Source: Octopus sinensis
Taxonomy: Eukaryota
Length of the DNA: 64,000 bases
Reading direction: 5' to 3'
Assembly: GCF_006345805.1 (NCBI RefSeq)
Contig: NC_043012.1
Coordinates: 46,066,001-46,130,000, forward strand
A model generated the notes under the pieces. That model did no database searches. It was given only the letters and a program-made list of their open reading frames with translations, and had not been told where the DNA came from. Made by a program: the position numbers and the translations under genes. Positions 29,862-44,244 of this stretch are shown here, in pieces. Within the stretch, counting starts at the first letter, position 1; every line of letters begins with the position of its first letter.

Positions 29862-29936
29862 GGAGTCCCACATGTAAGTAATAACTAGGCTCGATGTTGC
29901 TTAACTTCCCAGATCCGACGAAAACCGGTGCTTTCA
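29862..29936 (-). pseudogene. 5S rRNA-derived fragment
   Basis: - strand tgaaagcaccggttttcgtcggatctgggaagttaagcaacatcgagcctagttattactt resembles invertebrate 5S (TGAAAACACCGGTTCTCGTCCGATCACCGAAGTTAAGCAACGTCGGGCC.GGTTAGTACTT). Confidence 0.7.
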
Positions 29937-29949
29937 CTCCTCCAGTGTT

Positions 29950-30140
29950 ATCCAAGGGAAAGGCAAAGGGCCGATACATCTTCGCACCTGTGACGTCACA
30001 ACTCATTTCTGCAGCTGAGTGTACTGCAGAAACGTGAAATAAAGTGTCTTGCTCAAGAACTCAACACGAAGACCGGTCCGGGATTCGAAATCACAACCTC
30101 GCGATCGTCAGCTCGACGCTCTAACCACTGAGTCATGCTT
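29950..30140 (-). mobile_element. tRNA-derived SINE fragment
   Basis: - strand head catgactcagtggttagagcgtcgagctgacgatcgcgaggttgtgatttcgaatccc then ttgagcaagacactttatttcacg. Confidence 0.7.
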
Positions 30141-30273
30141 CTCACAAAATACATATGTATATACAATATATATACATATACAATATATATATATATATAC
30201 TTATGCACAATATATCTGCATATGAATATGCATATATATATTTTATGTATATATATATATATATAATATATAT

Positions 30274-30306
<33 letters not shown>

Positions 30307-31049
30307 GACTTTAAACAACTATATTTTAACTTTATACAATAAGACAATATTTTTTGAAATGATCATTAGAAATTACTTGATTTACCTCTTTCTTAAATGA
30401 CTCTACGCTCCTCATCTTAGTATTCATAAGGGTCTTTATATAAATAACCCTTCTAAACAAGTACCACTAAGAAACAATAAATATCATGTAGGTAGTATCA
30501 ATAATAACATATAGTATAACGTTAGATTTAAAAAATGATTAGTGTAAAATATGAAAGTTCCGTAACATAAATATTTCTTTAGCTGATACCAAGTATCAGA
30601 TTTTTTTTTTTGATATTAGCTAAATAAGTAAATATATAATTGTTAGTCTAATATATATTGAATTATTATACTTTTCTATAAATCCTCTCTATTGGTGTTA
30701 ATAAGCTACATATACTTTACCATAGTATTAGTAATTAAGCTATTTTATTCCTTTTCTATGGTGTTCTGCCCTACTTGATTATTTTATTTTATTTCTTTAT
30801 TATTTTATAATTTACTTTTATTTATTCATAAAATTAATCTAATTTTTGTATCTCTATAAATTCATACTTACCTTATGTAAAAGTACACTACTTATATAAA
30901 ACTGCTTTGATTATAATTTTATTAATATATAATTAGCATGTTCTTTTACCTCAATACTCCTTTAATAATATCTATATTCACAGACACCATCTGACGTGTT
31001 AATATTTAAGTGTACAATATGTATAAATATTAAACTATTTCTGGATTAT

Positions 31050-31560
31050 TTCTTTTCCTCCCTCTATTGTGGTAAAAGTTTGGTGTATACTCAAAAGTAT
31101 TCATAAATGTCTATCCTTTTGTTATAATATTCCTCTTAATAACCCTCTAAATAATCCTAAACTTTAATTGTATTTAACTAAAGTACTACATGATAAGACT
31201 TCCCCTGTTTCATTATCAATGGTCTTCTTATGGGCGACCCTCTTAATTGTAAGCTAACATCTTGTTTTAAGTTTTCCTCATGATATTGCTTCTAATAAAT
31301 CTTGATTTGTATGACTATACCAACTATGACTTCTGTCTGCTCCCTCAGCCCTACCCCTAACACATACTGCCCTCTGTTCTCTCAGCCTTAGATATACAAG
31401 GATTTGAAACCTAGTCTATAAATTAAAACTGACCCCATGAAACACCCCCAAAAAATCAGTGAGAAGCAGAGTCAGTGACAATGTATATCTTCTTGATAAC
31501 TTAGTAACTTCTATGCTGGAGTGAAGACAGCATGTTCTTTGTCTATCTCCTTAACTTCTT
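31050..31560 (+). mobile_element. Possible very old RT fragment, PLE-like
   Basis: 'FIINGLLMGDPLNCKL' at 31209-31256 resembles GxxMGSPLSxxLA; upstream 'NIPL'; heavy stop content. Confidence 0.3.
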
Positions 31561-31724
31561 GGAGATTTTAGGTAAATTATGCTAATGTGTCCATCTGTTC
31601 TAATTTAATTAAATTCTATGTCTTTGTGCAGCTGAGGATTACTCTGCATTTTGAATTGATGTAATGATTGCATTGTTCAATTAAATGGATTTTCATGAAA
31701 CGATCGTATTGCATTACCTACACG

Positions 31725-31805
31725 ATACAAAGAAAACAAGGACGGGTCATTCGGAGTTTTCTGTCCTCAGTCGAGTTCCAGATTGTCTTTGTAATTTCGG
31801 CTGCT
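31725..31805 (-). repeat. Short dispersed repeat, second copy at ~32520-32597; contains CTGAGGA on - strand
   Basis: caaagaaaacaaggacgg..cattcggagttttct.tcctcagt.gagttccagatt.tctttg.aatttcggctg present twice. Confidence 0.7.
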
Positions 31806-32628
31806 TGTACTCGAGATTGCTCCAATTTGGCCAGCCCCATGGAAAAACTAAGCTAACAACATTAGATTCCTTGGAAGAAAGTAGCGAATGTATACGAAAA
31901 CAAGGAAGAAAAGACACAGAGAATACAAATAACACAAATACAAATAACAGAACATATCAACAGGTGTCTTTCAACTAAGGATGAATTGAATTAAGCTGCC
32001 GTATGTGAAAGTAAAGCCTTACGACAGGGATACAAGACTTCTTAAGCACAGGAAGGAATAGAGATGCTGCAAGGCCGGCGGCCGGACCAATAAATAAAGG
32101 TCAGACTTGTGTGATCACCGGTCACGTAGGGGAGAGAATTCAGAGACGGTAGAGGCAAAGGGATAGAAGAAATAAGGAGGGGCGAGAATAAAGGAGAGGG
32201 ACGCAGTAAAGTGAAAAGTGGAGGGAAAGCGAGCATGAAGAGAAGGTAAGGAAATGTGAGGGTGGAACAAAAGAACGAAAAGTGGAATGTACGAAGTAAG
32301 CGTGAAAGAGCGGATAAAAAATAAAGGAAAGAATAAAAGAATAGAAGAATACAGTAGTACAAGATTTAGATGAATATATACTTACATATAAGAGACCAAA
32401 GCGTACATACGCGTTTATATGTTTTATATATAAAAAAATACAAACTGTGACAAGAACGCATAACATCCGGACAATTAGGTAATACAAAAAAGGGACAGCA
32501 AGACATCAAGATAGACGATACAAAGAAAACAAGGACGGTCATTGGGAGTTTTCTCTCCTCAGTTGAGTTCCAGATTATCTTTGCAATTTCGGCTGATATA
32601 TATATATATATATGATACTAATGATAAA

Positions 32629-32687
<59 letters not shown>

Positions 32688-32697
32688 CAACAACAAC

Positions 32698-32750
<53 letters not shown>
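32629..32750. repeat. (AAT)n tract at the 5' junction of a LINE
   Basis: Direct reading. Confidence 0.95.
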
Positions 32751-32751
<1 letters not shown>

Positions 32752-32753
<2 letters not shown>

Positions 32754-35020
32754 TTTTAACAACATATTGTCAGAGTCAGAGACAATGCCTGAATGGCTCA
32801 CGAAGGGGAAAATCATCTTAATTCCCAAATCAAATGAGACAGCAAAACCAGAAAACTAGAGACCTATAACTTGTCTCCCTACAACGTACAAAGCATTTAC
32901 CGCAGTAATATCGCAACGATTGCACAAGCACCTGGACGAAAACAACCTGTTTCCAGAAGAGCAGAAAGGATGCCGCAAAGGCTCATATGGCTGTAAAGAT
33001 CAACTAATGATCAATAAAGCCATAACTGAAGACAGCCACAGAAAGAAGAAAGGCCTCAGTATGGCCTGGATCGACTACAAAAAGGCGTTTGATAGCATCC
33101 CCCACACATGGATTCACGAAACACTAGCCATGAACAAAGTTGCACCAACAATTATAAAGTACATAGGACACTCTATGAATAAATGGCAAACAGTGCTACA
33201 GCTCCAAACAAAAGAGGGACTTGTGAAAAACCAAAGCCATCCCCATTAGAAGAGGAAAATTCCAGGGAGATACGCTCTCTCCACTCCTTTTCTGCTTGGC
33301 ACTGTCACCTCTATCGGATATGCTAAACATAACTGGATGCGCATATAAGATCAACCACCTTTTATATATGGATGACCTAAAACTATACGCTACAAATGAC
33401 AAAAATATGGAAACACTACTAAAGACAGTTCATGGATTTACCAAAGAAATAGATATGAAATTTGGATTAGAGAAATGCGCCAAAGTAACCCTGAAAAGAG
33501 GAAAACTAGTTAAGAGTAGCAACATCACACTAGATAAAACCAATGAAATAAAAGAAATAGACCAAAGCCAGACTTACAAATACTTAGGAATCCATGAACT
33601 AGATAAGACACAACACACACAAATGAAAGAGAAAATAAAAAAGAATATTATAGACGAGTTAGATCAATACTGAAAACAGAACTCAATGCTAAAAACAAGA
33701 TAATAGGTATCAACACTTTAGCCGTCCCAGTTATAAGTTAAAGCTACAATATCCTTAACTGGACACTAAATGAACTGACCAAAATAGATAGAAAAACAAG
33801 AAAAATAATGACGGGATCTAGGATGCATCACCCAAAATCTGACATAGAAAGGCTATATATACAATGTATAGATGGAGGTAGAGGCCTTATACAGCTGGAA
33901 AACTACTATAAAATAACCACCATAGGACTGCAAAAATATCTACTTCACAAGGAAGGAAAACTGATACAAATAGCGGCAAAACACGAGCAAAACAAAAAAC
34001 TGTTCTCAGTATTTAAGGAAGTTGACAAATACAAACAAGAAATCATACCACCTAACAAATATGAAGAAGAAGAAGAAAATGAAGAAACAACAAAAGCTAT
34101 AAAACAAATGAAATCCACACTAAAAATAGAACAGCAACGAACCATGATAAAACGATGGCAAGAAAAGCCCCTTCATGGAAAATACTGGACTAAACTAAAT
34201 GCAAAAGAAATAGACAAAGAAAAATCCCAACAACGGTTGAGAAGCTCAGGACTCAAAGCAGAAACAGAAGGATTTTTAATTGCAGCACAAGACCAAAGCC
34301 TCCCCACCAGAAATTACCAAAAACATGTAATAAAAAGAAATATAACAAGTAACTGCAGAATATGTGGAGATGGACAAGAAACAATAAATCATATTATCTC
34401 TGGCTGCTCAGTCCTGGCTAAGAAGGAATATATTCACAGACACGACAGAGTTGGGACCTACATACACTGGAAACTGTGCCAACATTATGGAATAACAACA
34501 GAAAAAAGATGGTATAGGCACACACCAGAAAAGGTCACAGAAAACACGAAAGCAACCATACTCTGGATATGCCAATACACACAGATAGAGAAATTAAGGC
34601 CAACAGACCAGATATAGTTGTCAGAGATCATGAAGAAAAAAAATGCTTTCTAATTGATGCATCAATACCAGCGGATGACAACGTGTTTCTAAAAGAAATG
34701 GAGAAACTTTCAAAGTACAAAGACCTGGAAATAGAGGTAACCAGAATGTGGAATCTAAAAACAGAAACAATTCCTATCATAATAGGTGCATTAGGCATGA
34801 TAAAAAAATATTCAGACAAATACATAACAAAAACACCAGGACTTACAAACACATATAACATAGAGAAAATTGCACTACTAGGCACTGCACACATCCTACG
34901 CAGAACACTTTCCATACAATAACCATCAGAGCATCACAACAAATCACAGCACATACGCAAGGCACACAGAGCTGCGCTCGGTAGGGAAGTGAAAGCACGA
35001 TATAAAAAATATACTACTGA
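32752..35020 (+). mobile_element. R4/Dong-like non-LTR retrotransposon (RT + CCHC + REL endonuclease), 5' truncated, decayed
   Basis: RPITCL, EQKG, WIDYKKAFDS, QGD.LSP, HLLYMDDLKL, FGLEKC, YKYLG; CRICG..QETINHIISGC; RPDIV..IDASIP..K..KYKDL; frameshifted. Confidence 0.9.
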
Positions 35021-35065
35021 ATAATAATAATAATAATGATAATAATAATAATAATAATAATAATA

Positions 35066-35126
<61 letters not shown>
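35020..35126. repeat. (AAT)n tract at the 3' junction of the LINE
   Basis: Direct reading. Confidence 0.95.
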
Positions 35127-35127
<1 letters not shown>

Positions 35128-35381
35128 GTAAAATTTATTAATAATTAATAATTTTACCAAGTAGTTCGGTGTGTTGAAAGAACCATTATCATTAAAAGAC
35201 CTTATACATTTGTTTTTCTCTTTACCTGCGTGAGTTGAGAGTAATACTCTCTGAGAGATACATACGGTAATGGAATAACATTTAACTGGTATTTCTAAAT
35301 TCCCGTATGTGGTGAAGCAATTTTTGCTGAACCGTATTTATAATTATGCTTATAATTATAGAATTTATATGTGTGTATGTG

Positions 35382-35444
<63 letters not shown>

Positions 35445-35472
35445 TGTGTGTGTGTGTGTGTGTGCATATATG

Positions 35473-35529
<57 letters not shown>

Positions 35530-37937
35530 TTGTGTATACACACATGACAGTGTGTGTTTGCATATATATTTTTATGTCATCGAATGGCTTTGAAACTCTA
35601 CTTTCTAGAGAAAAACGGATTTCATTTTAGAAATCTTTGTCGAAGGAATATGTTTTTGTTACGATAATCAGGATATATAAATGTCTACGCGAAATAATTC
35701 AACATTCATATCGCTAATATTGAATTCTATTAGAATTTCCCGTCTTAAAATCATGGGATATCTTAGTGTGTGTACGTTTGTGTGCGCGTCTCGTGATCCG
35801 CCAGTGATACTTAACTCTTTGTCTAACTTCCTCCCTCTCTCTGTGTGTCTCTGTCATATACACTTTTCCCCTTTCTCAGTCTCTCTATATATTTACCGCA
35901 CTCTCTTTCACTCACCCTTTATCTCACTGTATATGTCTATCTCTAACACATGCATCTCTTCCCCTCTCACTCTCTTTCTTGATATAACATGTTGTGCAAA
36001 TCAGTCACATCGCATGAAACGTGATCGCTTGTCAATTTTCCTCTCGCTATTTGTCTACTTTCTGCCTTTTACGCCTTTTTAATTGGAAACTTCCCATTCT
36101 TAAGGTATTTTTTACTATAGTCTCTCTCATGCATCGTTTAGAAGAGCCTTCGTCGCAGAGACCCAGGTGAAGATGTGCCATTTCAATTCAAACGACTTCA
36201 ATTTCCAGTGATTCTTTATTTTGTTACAGTCGTAAACAAGTCGTAAGAGATAACATTGTTAATTGGCAGTTTACGCCTTCAAGATCCCAAAGGAATCTGT
36301 TGTGAAAATAACCAAGCAACGATAGGCTACCGAGCTAATACACGGAGGTGCATACACACACGCGTGCGCCCGCTTGTATGTCAGCACAAATACATATATA
36401 TGAAGATATTCTGTTTCAAAACTAGGCACAAATACACATGCATTCACTGAAGCATATACGCAAATGCTCATGATTGCGGAGACGAATATATGCTTGAGTG
36501 TACTACAGAATAACCACAGTGGATTTTAGGCAAATAAATGTAACCTATACATTGGAAAACCTCAACTTCATAGGAAATCTTAACACTAAATAGGAACAAA
36601 TAAAATTGACTATATAACATATATACAAAACGTCCCTATGTCTATCTGTGATATAAACTGTAAATGACAACTAATATAATACTTAATAATGTAAAGAATT
36701 TGAAACAAATAACCAGCAATAATAAATTCACAAACGGTGACCATGGTTATAGGATATAATATAACTATCCCAAAATAAAATGATATCGGTTTCAGCATAC
36801 AATTTAGAAACAAAATTCTTGCAATTTTAGTCTCTGAATGTCGTATTGCAACAAGAACATATATATTCTCTTTCTGTTCAGGAAACGAAAGTGTACATAA
36901 TTCTCGTGTTTTTATAAAGCATCTCAACACTCGAATAACAAAATATGCTGGGGGAAAGTATTATTCAGGTGTGGTTAAAATCACAGTCAGGCAACAAACA
37001 TAATGAAACGATATTCGCCATATTTGTTTATAAAATATATTGCATGGAAATTTGAGTCATTGTACGTTCTTAAATGTTTGGATTGTTTCCGTACACTGTA
37101 CGTTTCAATACCAGAGTTAATATGAAGAGAAAAACGTCTTGAAACTCTCATTAGTATGCTGCTTGTATCATATTACATTTGCATATACTTTTAAAGATAT
37201 AAATGAATTATATCATTATATATATATCATATTCATACATACGCACAAACACACATATATTTATGTAAGCGACAGAAGTATAATGAGCACCAAAAACATT
37301 TATATCAATTGAAAAGTGTATTAGAACACATATTATCATGAGAGAATCTCATAAATTTGCTACCGGCACTTTTGTTTACATCGCTAGTGAGTAAGTAAAT
37401 CACCTACTATCGCCAATATGGAGACCACTAGGTCACGTGTCTCCGACTTTCCTTGGTCTTGTCAATGGCGGACGAGTATATGTATCACATACAATTACCG
37501 ATACCATTTATGACCGAGGTACATTGTCAGTAATCCCATTTTTGTAACTTTTCTATAACTATTTAAAATCATATTTTCATATTTATATCAAAATTTGTAT
37601 CGTTAATAAATGTAGAAGACTCACAGAGAATTCTCGTTAGTTTTGTAATGCATTGTCGTATTTTACTCTCTATTATTCTTAATTCCAAATCAGCTCCGTC
37701 GTATATAAATGCAAGCACATATATTAACACACAGAGAAATCCTGTGGCTGACTCGGTGTTTCCACATATGCAGGCACATAGCAATATGCGTGATTTAACA
37801 TTATAACGTTCTGTTCTTTCTTTGATGTAATGTATATTATATCACAAGCAAAAACCCATTCATTCCACTTTCGCGGAATAATTCCCATTGGATATATCAT
37901 ACACTTTACGGATGTTAAATGCTGCAATGGGAAAGGA

Positions 37938-38245
37938 CGTGGCTTGGTGGTTAGGATATTCAGTTTACAGTTGTAAGGTCGTGAGTTCGATTGCCAGTGG
38001 AGCATTGAGCAAAACACTTTATTTCACGTTGCTCCAGTCCATTCAACTGACAAAAATGAGTAGTAACTGTATTTCAAAGGGTCAGATTTGTCACATTCTG
38101 TGTCACTCTGAATCTCTCTGAGAGCTAGATTAATGGTATTCCTGATTATGGAGTGCTCAGCCACCTTCACCTTAATTCCACGAGCAGGCTGTTCCCTTTA
38201 CCAGTTCAATTGAAACCCACGTCGTCGTAATGACGGGGTGCCATT
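37938..38245 (+). mobile_element. tRNA-derived SINE, decayed
   Basis: gtggcttggtggttagg...gtgagttcgattgcc head then ttgagcaaaacactttatttcacgttgctccagtcc. Confidence 0.7.
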
Positions 38246-39636
38246 TTAAAACTTTTTTTTTAAATGAGAAGCAGATAACAGTTATGAAGAACAGCACCAT
38301 GTCTGTGATCCGATGACAAACAGAAGGAAACATTAGAAGGTTGGAAGATGACCAAATGTTTAGGAAACGTGAATCTCTGTCAACTATTTAAATGGTTTGA
38401 ATCACTGAAGAAAGGGCCGTGCCTTTCAGATTTTACCGAATATCCAAAGAGACTCCGAAGGTGTTATTGTGAGACAAGCGATCTGGAAAGCCTACAATTG
38501 GCAAAATAATAAAAAGAAAATACTTTAAAGCTTGGATTGATATCGATCTCCAAATGTGTCAATTCACTACTACTCAAAATTTCTATCACTGAGAGCTTTA
38601 TAATTCGTGCAATATAAAATTTAGTGCTTTTAGGATCAGTTTGTATTTTCAATCTGTGGATCATATTATCTGTTATAAGTAAATTATAATGTAAGGGCTT
38701 GCTTTAAATAGTCATGGATACCGAGAAACATCACTGATCCTTTTACTTCTGAATAGTAGAAGACTAAGCAATCATTCGTCTAACACATTAGTATGACCTC
38801 TTCATTGAAGGCTAATTCAATTTAAGGAAAAGTGTTTCGACGTAAGGTAGAATAACTGGTCATGTGTTTGCTTTCTAATCTAATTAATCTATGTGATCGA
38901 AAACACGTTATCATTCTAAAAGCATTTTTACGCATCTTTAAACTTTCTTAACTTTTATCATAAAACTGTCGTTTGACGCAATGTAATTGATAACATTGGT
39001 TTTTGTCAAGAATAATCGTATATATAATCAGTACGCATAATATTTCCGCTTTCCTAAATAATCTGTGTAATCTTAGTAAAATCAAAAAGTTTTAGAAGCC
39101 AAAGAGCTGGGTGGTACAGGGTGCTATAACAGATTAAATGCAACCGCCGTCTGGGAGGTTTCATGATTGCTTCTAGATAAAGGAAACATTTCAGAGCAAA
39201 AAGAAAGCACCGGGAAAATGAAGCATAATCTAAACATCACAGGAAATTGCAGTATTATATTTGGTTCATTAATGAATCAATTAGATTAGCTCCAGTTTGT
39301 TATGCTAGATGTCAGGAAGTAAATTGAAATCGTTTATGTTTGGCTTCTTTTCCGCTAACTGAGCAAGAGGACCAGTTCACCATGGTAACAAAACGGTATA
39401 AAGCGTTGAAAATGAGTGGAATGAAAAGACAAGATAAAAGCGTGGGTTCTTTAAAGAAACGTGACTTTCTTATTAAACCAAAAAGGTGCATGTCGACTGG
39501 CGTAAAAGTTTATTAGACGATTCTTGAAAAGAAATAATCTAATCAACTGCTGATTTTAATCAAATATTAATTATACTGTCCAAGCAATTTAAATTAACGT
39601 ACCTCGAGCTACAAATCTTAAATATGTATAGATATA

Positions 39637-39674
<38 letters not shown>

Positions 39675-39798
39675 GTGCGTGCGTGTGCGCGCGCATGTGA
39701 GTGTATGTATGTGTATATTTGTGTATATGTATAAACGCACACGATAACACTCGCGCAAATCACACACACACACATACATATATGTATATATGTGTTTG

Positions 39799-39870
<72 letters not shown>

Positions 39871-39902
39871 ACATATATTTATATACATATACATATACAT
39901 AC

Positions 39903-39943
<41 letters not shown>

Positions 39944-42089
39944 GTGTATAAAGATGATGGAGTTCAGTCAAGATCCGTATGGGCCACACACTAAAGGGTA
40001 CTCTCTTATAGAAACTTATGTAGTGGTTAAAAAGCTCGAACCACACACGCAACGAATAGGTGGTACAACGTATGGCTGGTACTAGTAGCCACATACACAC
40101 ATCAAGCCAGGAAACCATTGCAAATATGAATTGGTCATCTGTTTGTCGAAGGGCAAACGTAACAATACACTACGCAATTTACTCAGAACTCTGAGGATCG
40201 ACTCTGAAATAACTCATAAACACGGTACAATTTGAGATTTGCTGAATGCCCTTACATATGCAACCGCCCTTCCACCATATCTTTGTACAAGTGAGAAAAA
40301 TGATAATGTGTTAATAAGCAACATCAAGGTTTCTATGTTAACGATCACATCGATGGGATCCGAAATATTTGCAATGAAATTGCAATATAACTGAGTATAA
40401 TTGGCCATGTGAAAAGACAAAAATATGCTCCTCAAGTACGAAGATCAAAGAATATTATAACCGGATTTAGGTGAAATTCTCCTACTTACACCAAAGCACC
40501 AAGAGTACTATTCTTGCGTTATTTTACAGTGTGTCCGCTAACCATCTCATGCATAAGTCCTATGTAATTTTTTAGAAGTTATGAAATGTTGGTGGATGTT
40601 TGATTTCACTGGTTGAACTCCTAGTTATCCTCCTCTCAAGTTAGACCTGTAAGAGAGCAAATCTTTGCTAATGCTACCACGAACATTTAAAAGGCCGCGC
40701 CGTGTTACATATAATAAGCATGTGGTCTCACAGTATGCTGAGTAACCTGATCAATTTTACAACTATATGTATGTGCTCATATTCTTCACTAAATTAATAA
40801 CCTAATCAAAAGTTATGTGAGCATGCACAGATACATTAGAATCTATTTCATTTTATACTAAGAAAAGATGCAGGTTGCTACTAAGGAAGGGCATGCAAGT
40901 AGTCAATATTTGGCTTACATCTATAACTGAAGTATTTGTATTTTACTTCAAGATATACGATTATATATTATTATAACTGCCACTTACAACACCAGCATCA
41001 TTGCAGCCCAAAATGAAACCCTTAACCTGAAAATCTGTTGACAACGTATAAAATGATGTAGCGCGTGTTTTATCGGACAACACAGTCCAAAAAGAAAAAA
41101 TAAAGGATCAAACAAACAAATAAAGAAGATTGTCATCTAACGGTAAATTATTCAACAAATCCTTAATCTGAGGAAGAAAAGAAAAATAGGAGAAGCCGGA
41201 AATATTAGCCATTTTGCATAACATAACTTTCAGTCTAAAAGTTTCCTCCTTAATTGCTAAAACCTTTTGTAAATATTCTCCCGAACATCAAAAACATTAC
41301 AAAATATTTCAAACGATGTTAAACTCTGATATAGAGCTTCTTCACATTTTTCACAAGCGATCAAGAAATCTACAAATTATTTACACTAACAATGCAAGCA
41401 CTCTATGTATTTGCAATCGTACAAATAACAACATAGGCGCCTCCAAAGGAAAATATCTAATCTAAGTACATTTTTAAGACATACCATATATTTTCTGAAT
41501 TCTATATTGGTATTATTACGAATACTTTTAATCAAAGATTATGCCAAAAATATTTTATATTTAGCCAGGAGATAAAAATAATACTCACGAAAATACATGC
41601 GACATTTGAAAGACAGTAACATGCGCTTTAGCATCCCGTAAAAGACCTTATTTAGAGACAGACAATACAAAATAAAGAAAAAAGTGCATGGGCATTAGAA
41701 AAATAAAAACAATTGCTAAGTCTTTCGTTTAGTTTTACTGTATTTGTTTAGTTAATCCTTAGATTAAACGTACAAAGTGAGGAAGAGCAGTGGTTCTTAC
41801 TAGGCGTCTTCTTACTGGTACCCTTCACTCGATATTACAATAGAGGCAGATATATAAATTTTGTTCGTTCAACTTACTTACCCTTTACTATCAACTCCTC
41901 TTCCAACTTTAATCAGTTCCTACAACTACTTTTCACACCTAAACTAGTTTCTTAGCTTTTTTTTATATTTTTTAAATTTTAATCTGAGATCGTGTGCTGA
42001 AACAAAAACAATTGCAGCGTGGAAGGTGTTTATAAGCCATTTAAGAAACACACAAAAGCCGTTCGATTCACTTCAACATTTAAGTTTAA

Positions 42090-42139
42090 TTTGTCAAAAT
42101 ATTTTCGTCGCTAAAATCGGCGACCTGTTCACTGACAAA
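42090..42139 (-). ncRNA. Minimal type I hammerhead fold, G3-C8 core variant (left arm)
   Basis: Reverse complement of 43414-43463. Confidence 0.65.
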
Positions 42140-43413
42140 AATCAGTGCTGCATCTGAGAAAGTAACAGTTAGTTCGTCATATATATGTACGTATGTATGT
42201 GTGTATGTATGTATACATGTGTGTATGTATGTATGTATGCATGTACGTACATACGCCTGTGTATGTATGTATATATGTATGTATATATGTATGTATGTAT
42301 GTATGTAAGTGTGTGTATATGCACGCACATACACACTATAAACATAAAGCTATAAACCTGTAGCGATGGATAGATGTAGAGTGACCACTCATCACAATAA
42401 TATCAAATTTCAACTTCTCCCGCCGAAGCCTGGAAGTGATTTAAGACCCTTACTCCCAAAACTATACCCTAAAACCTATTATCAGATATTCATCTCTATT
42501 TCACAGAACTTTTGTTTTACTATTGTGCGTATGTATGTATGTATGTGCGTATGTATGTAAGTATGTATGTATGTATGTATGTATGTATGTATGTATGTAT
42601 GTATGTATGTGTGTATGTACATACGTACGCATGTGCGTATGTATGTATACGCGCACATATGCATGTGCCCATGTATGTGTGTGCGTATGTACGTGTGTAT
42701 GCCCATACGTAGGTATGTATGTATGTATGTACTCATGTGCTACGTATGTATGTGAGTGTCTAGGAGAATGGGCAGACGTGTCTGTGAGTGTGTGTACATG
42801 TGTATGTGTATGTGAACGTGTGTCCGTGTACTGGCATGTGTCCGTCCAAAGTAACAGTCATGTACACAACTTAGACGGACACATGCCAGTACACGGACAC
42901 ACGTTCACATACACATACACATGTACACACTCTCACAGACACGTCTGCCCATTCTCCGAGACACTCACATACATACGTAGCACATGAGTACATACATACA
43001 TACATACGCACATACATACATACATACATACGCACAATAGTAAAACAAAAGTTCTGTAATATAGAGATAAATATCTGATAATAGGTTTTAGGGTATAGTT
43101 TTGGGAGTAAGGGTCTTAAATCACTTCCAGGCTCGGCGGGAGAAGTTGAAATTTGATATTATTGTGATGAGTGGTCACTCTACATCTATCCATCGCTACA
43201 GGTTTATAGCTTTATGTTTATAGTGTGTATGTGCGTGCATATACACACACACATACATATATACATACATACATACATACATACATGCATACACAGGCGT
43301 ATGTACGTACATGCATACATACATACATACACACATGTATACATACATACACACATACATACGTACATATATATGACGAACTAACTGTTACTTTCTCAGA
43401 TGCAGCACGGATT

Positions 43414-43463
43414 TTTGTCAGTGAACAGGTCGCCGATTTTAGCGACGAAAATATTTTGACAAA
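43414..43463 (+). ncRNA. Minimal type I hammerhead fold, G3-C8 core variant
   Basis: tttgtca-GTGAACA-g-gtcgc-cgatttta-gcgac-GAAA-atat-TT-tgacaaa; 7-bp stem I, 5-bp stem II, palindromic stem III. Confidence 0.65.
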
Positions 43464-43708
43464 TTAAGCTTAAATGTTGAAGTGAATCGAACGGCTTTTG
43501 TGTGTTTCTTAAATGGCTTATAAACACCTTCCACGCTGCAATTGTTTATATATATATATAAATAATTAGAAAAAAAAACACCTTTTATCAATTCAAAATG
43601 AACAATTAAATTATATTATATTGTGTGAAATTTAATTTAATATTTCTAAATTGAATTTTTTTCCTTGTAAGTTTGGATTTTATTCCCTCAAATAATAATT
43701 ATGATATA

Positions 43709-43744
<36 letters not shown>

Positions 43745-44201
43745 TGTATGTATGTATGTATGTATGTATGTATGTATGTATGTATGTATATATGTAGGTA
43801 TTCTATACGTATGTTTGTATGCATGTATTCATGTATATATACACTCACACATACATTTGAAGATGCTGGTTTGTGTGAGATGTGGCTTTTTGTGTGTTCG
43901 TGCGTGCCTCTACCTGTACATGCTTAAAAAGCGAAGTACATCCTGATGTTCAAAAACAACAACCCCTTTTCTACGTGCCACATCCCATGTCGTGAAATAC
44001 AGCATTGTATCCAAGCAGGATGATCAGGATGATTTAATGGAAAACAATATATAGCATATTTATTACCTTCTTTATTGCCGGGTCTGAAGTGTACTTTTAG
44101 CTCTCGTCTTGAACATTTACTTTTATAGATTTACTGACACATAACACACACAAGCATCGGCACACACTTACATACACACATTCACAAACACAAACACACG
44201 C

Positions 44202-44244
<43 letters not shown>

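Larger units (their letters stand above)
42006..43547. repeat. 1.54-kb palindrome (arms 42006-42846 and 42874-43547, ~27-bp spacer)
   Basis: Arms are near-identical reverse complements; right arm lacks part of the TATG tract. Confidence 0.95.

Noticed and set aside
30360-31200. Possible mitochondrial insertion (very AT-rich, small hairpin at ~30583)
   Set aside because: No mitochondrial ORF, tRNA or rRNA recognisable by eye; BLAST against the mitogenome would settle it
31209-31256. 'NGLLMGDPL' as an endogenous narna-like viral RdRp motif B
   Set aside because: Stops on both sides, no GDD downstream; decayed PLE RT is the simpler explanation here
31740-31800. HHR in the CTGAGGA repeat (also ~32540-32575)
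   Set aside because: Stem II plausible but GAAA and stem I are disrupted in both copies; cannot be supported without a consensus
36230-36348. Exon after ttttgttacag
   Set aside because: All three frames closed and weak donor
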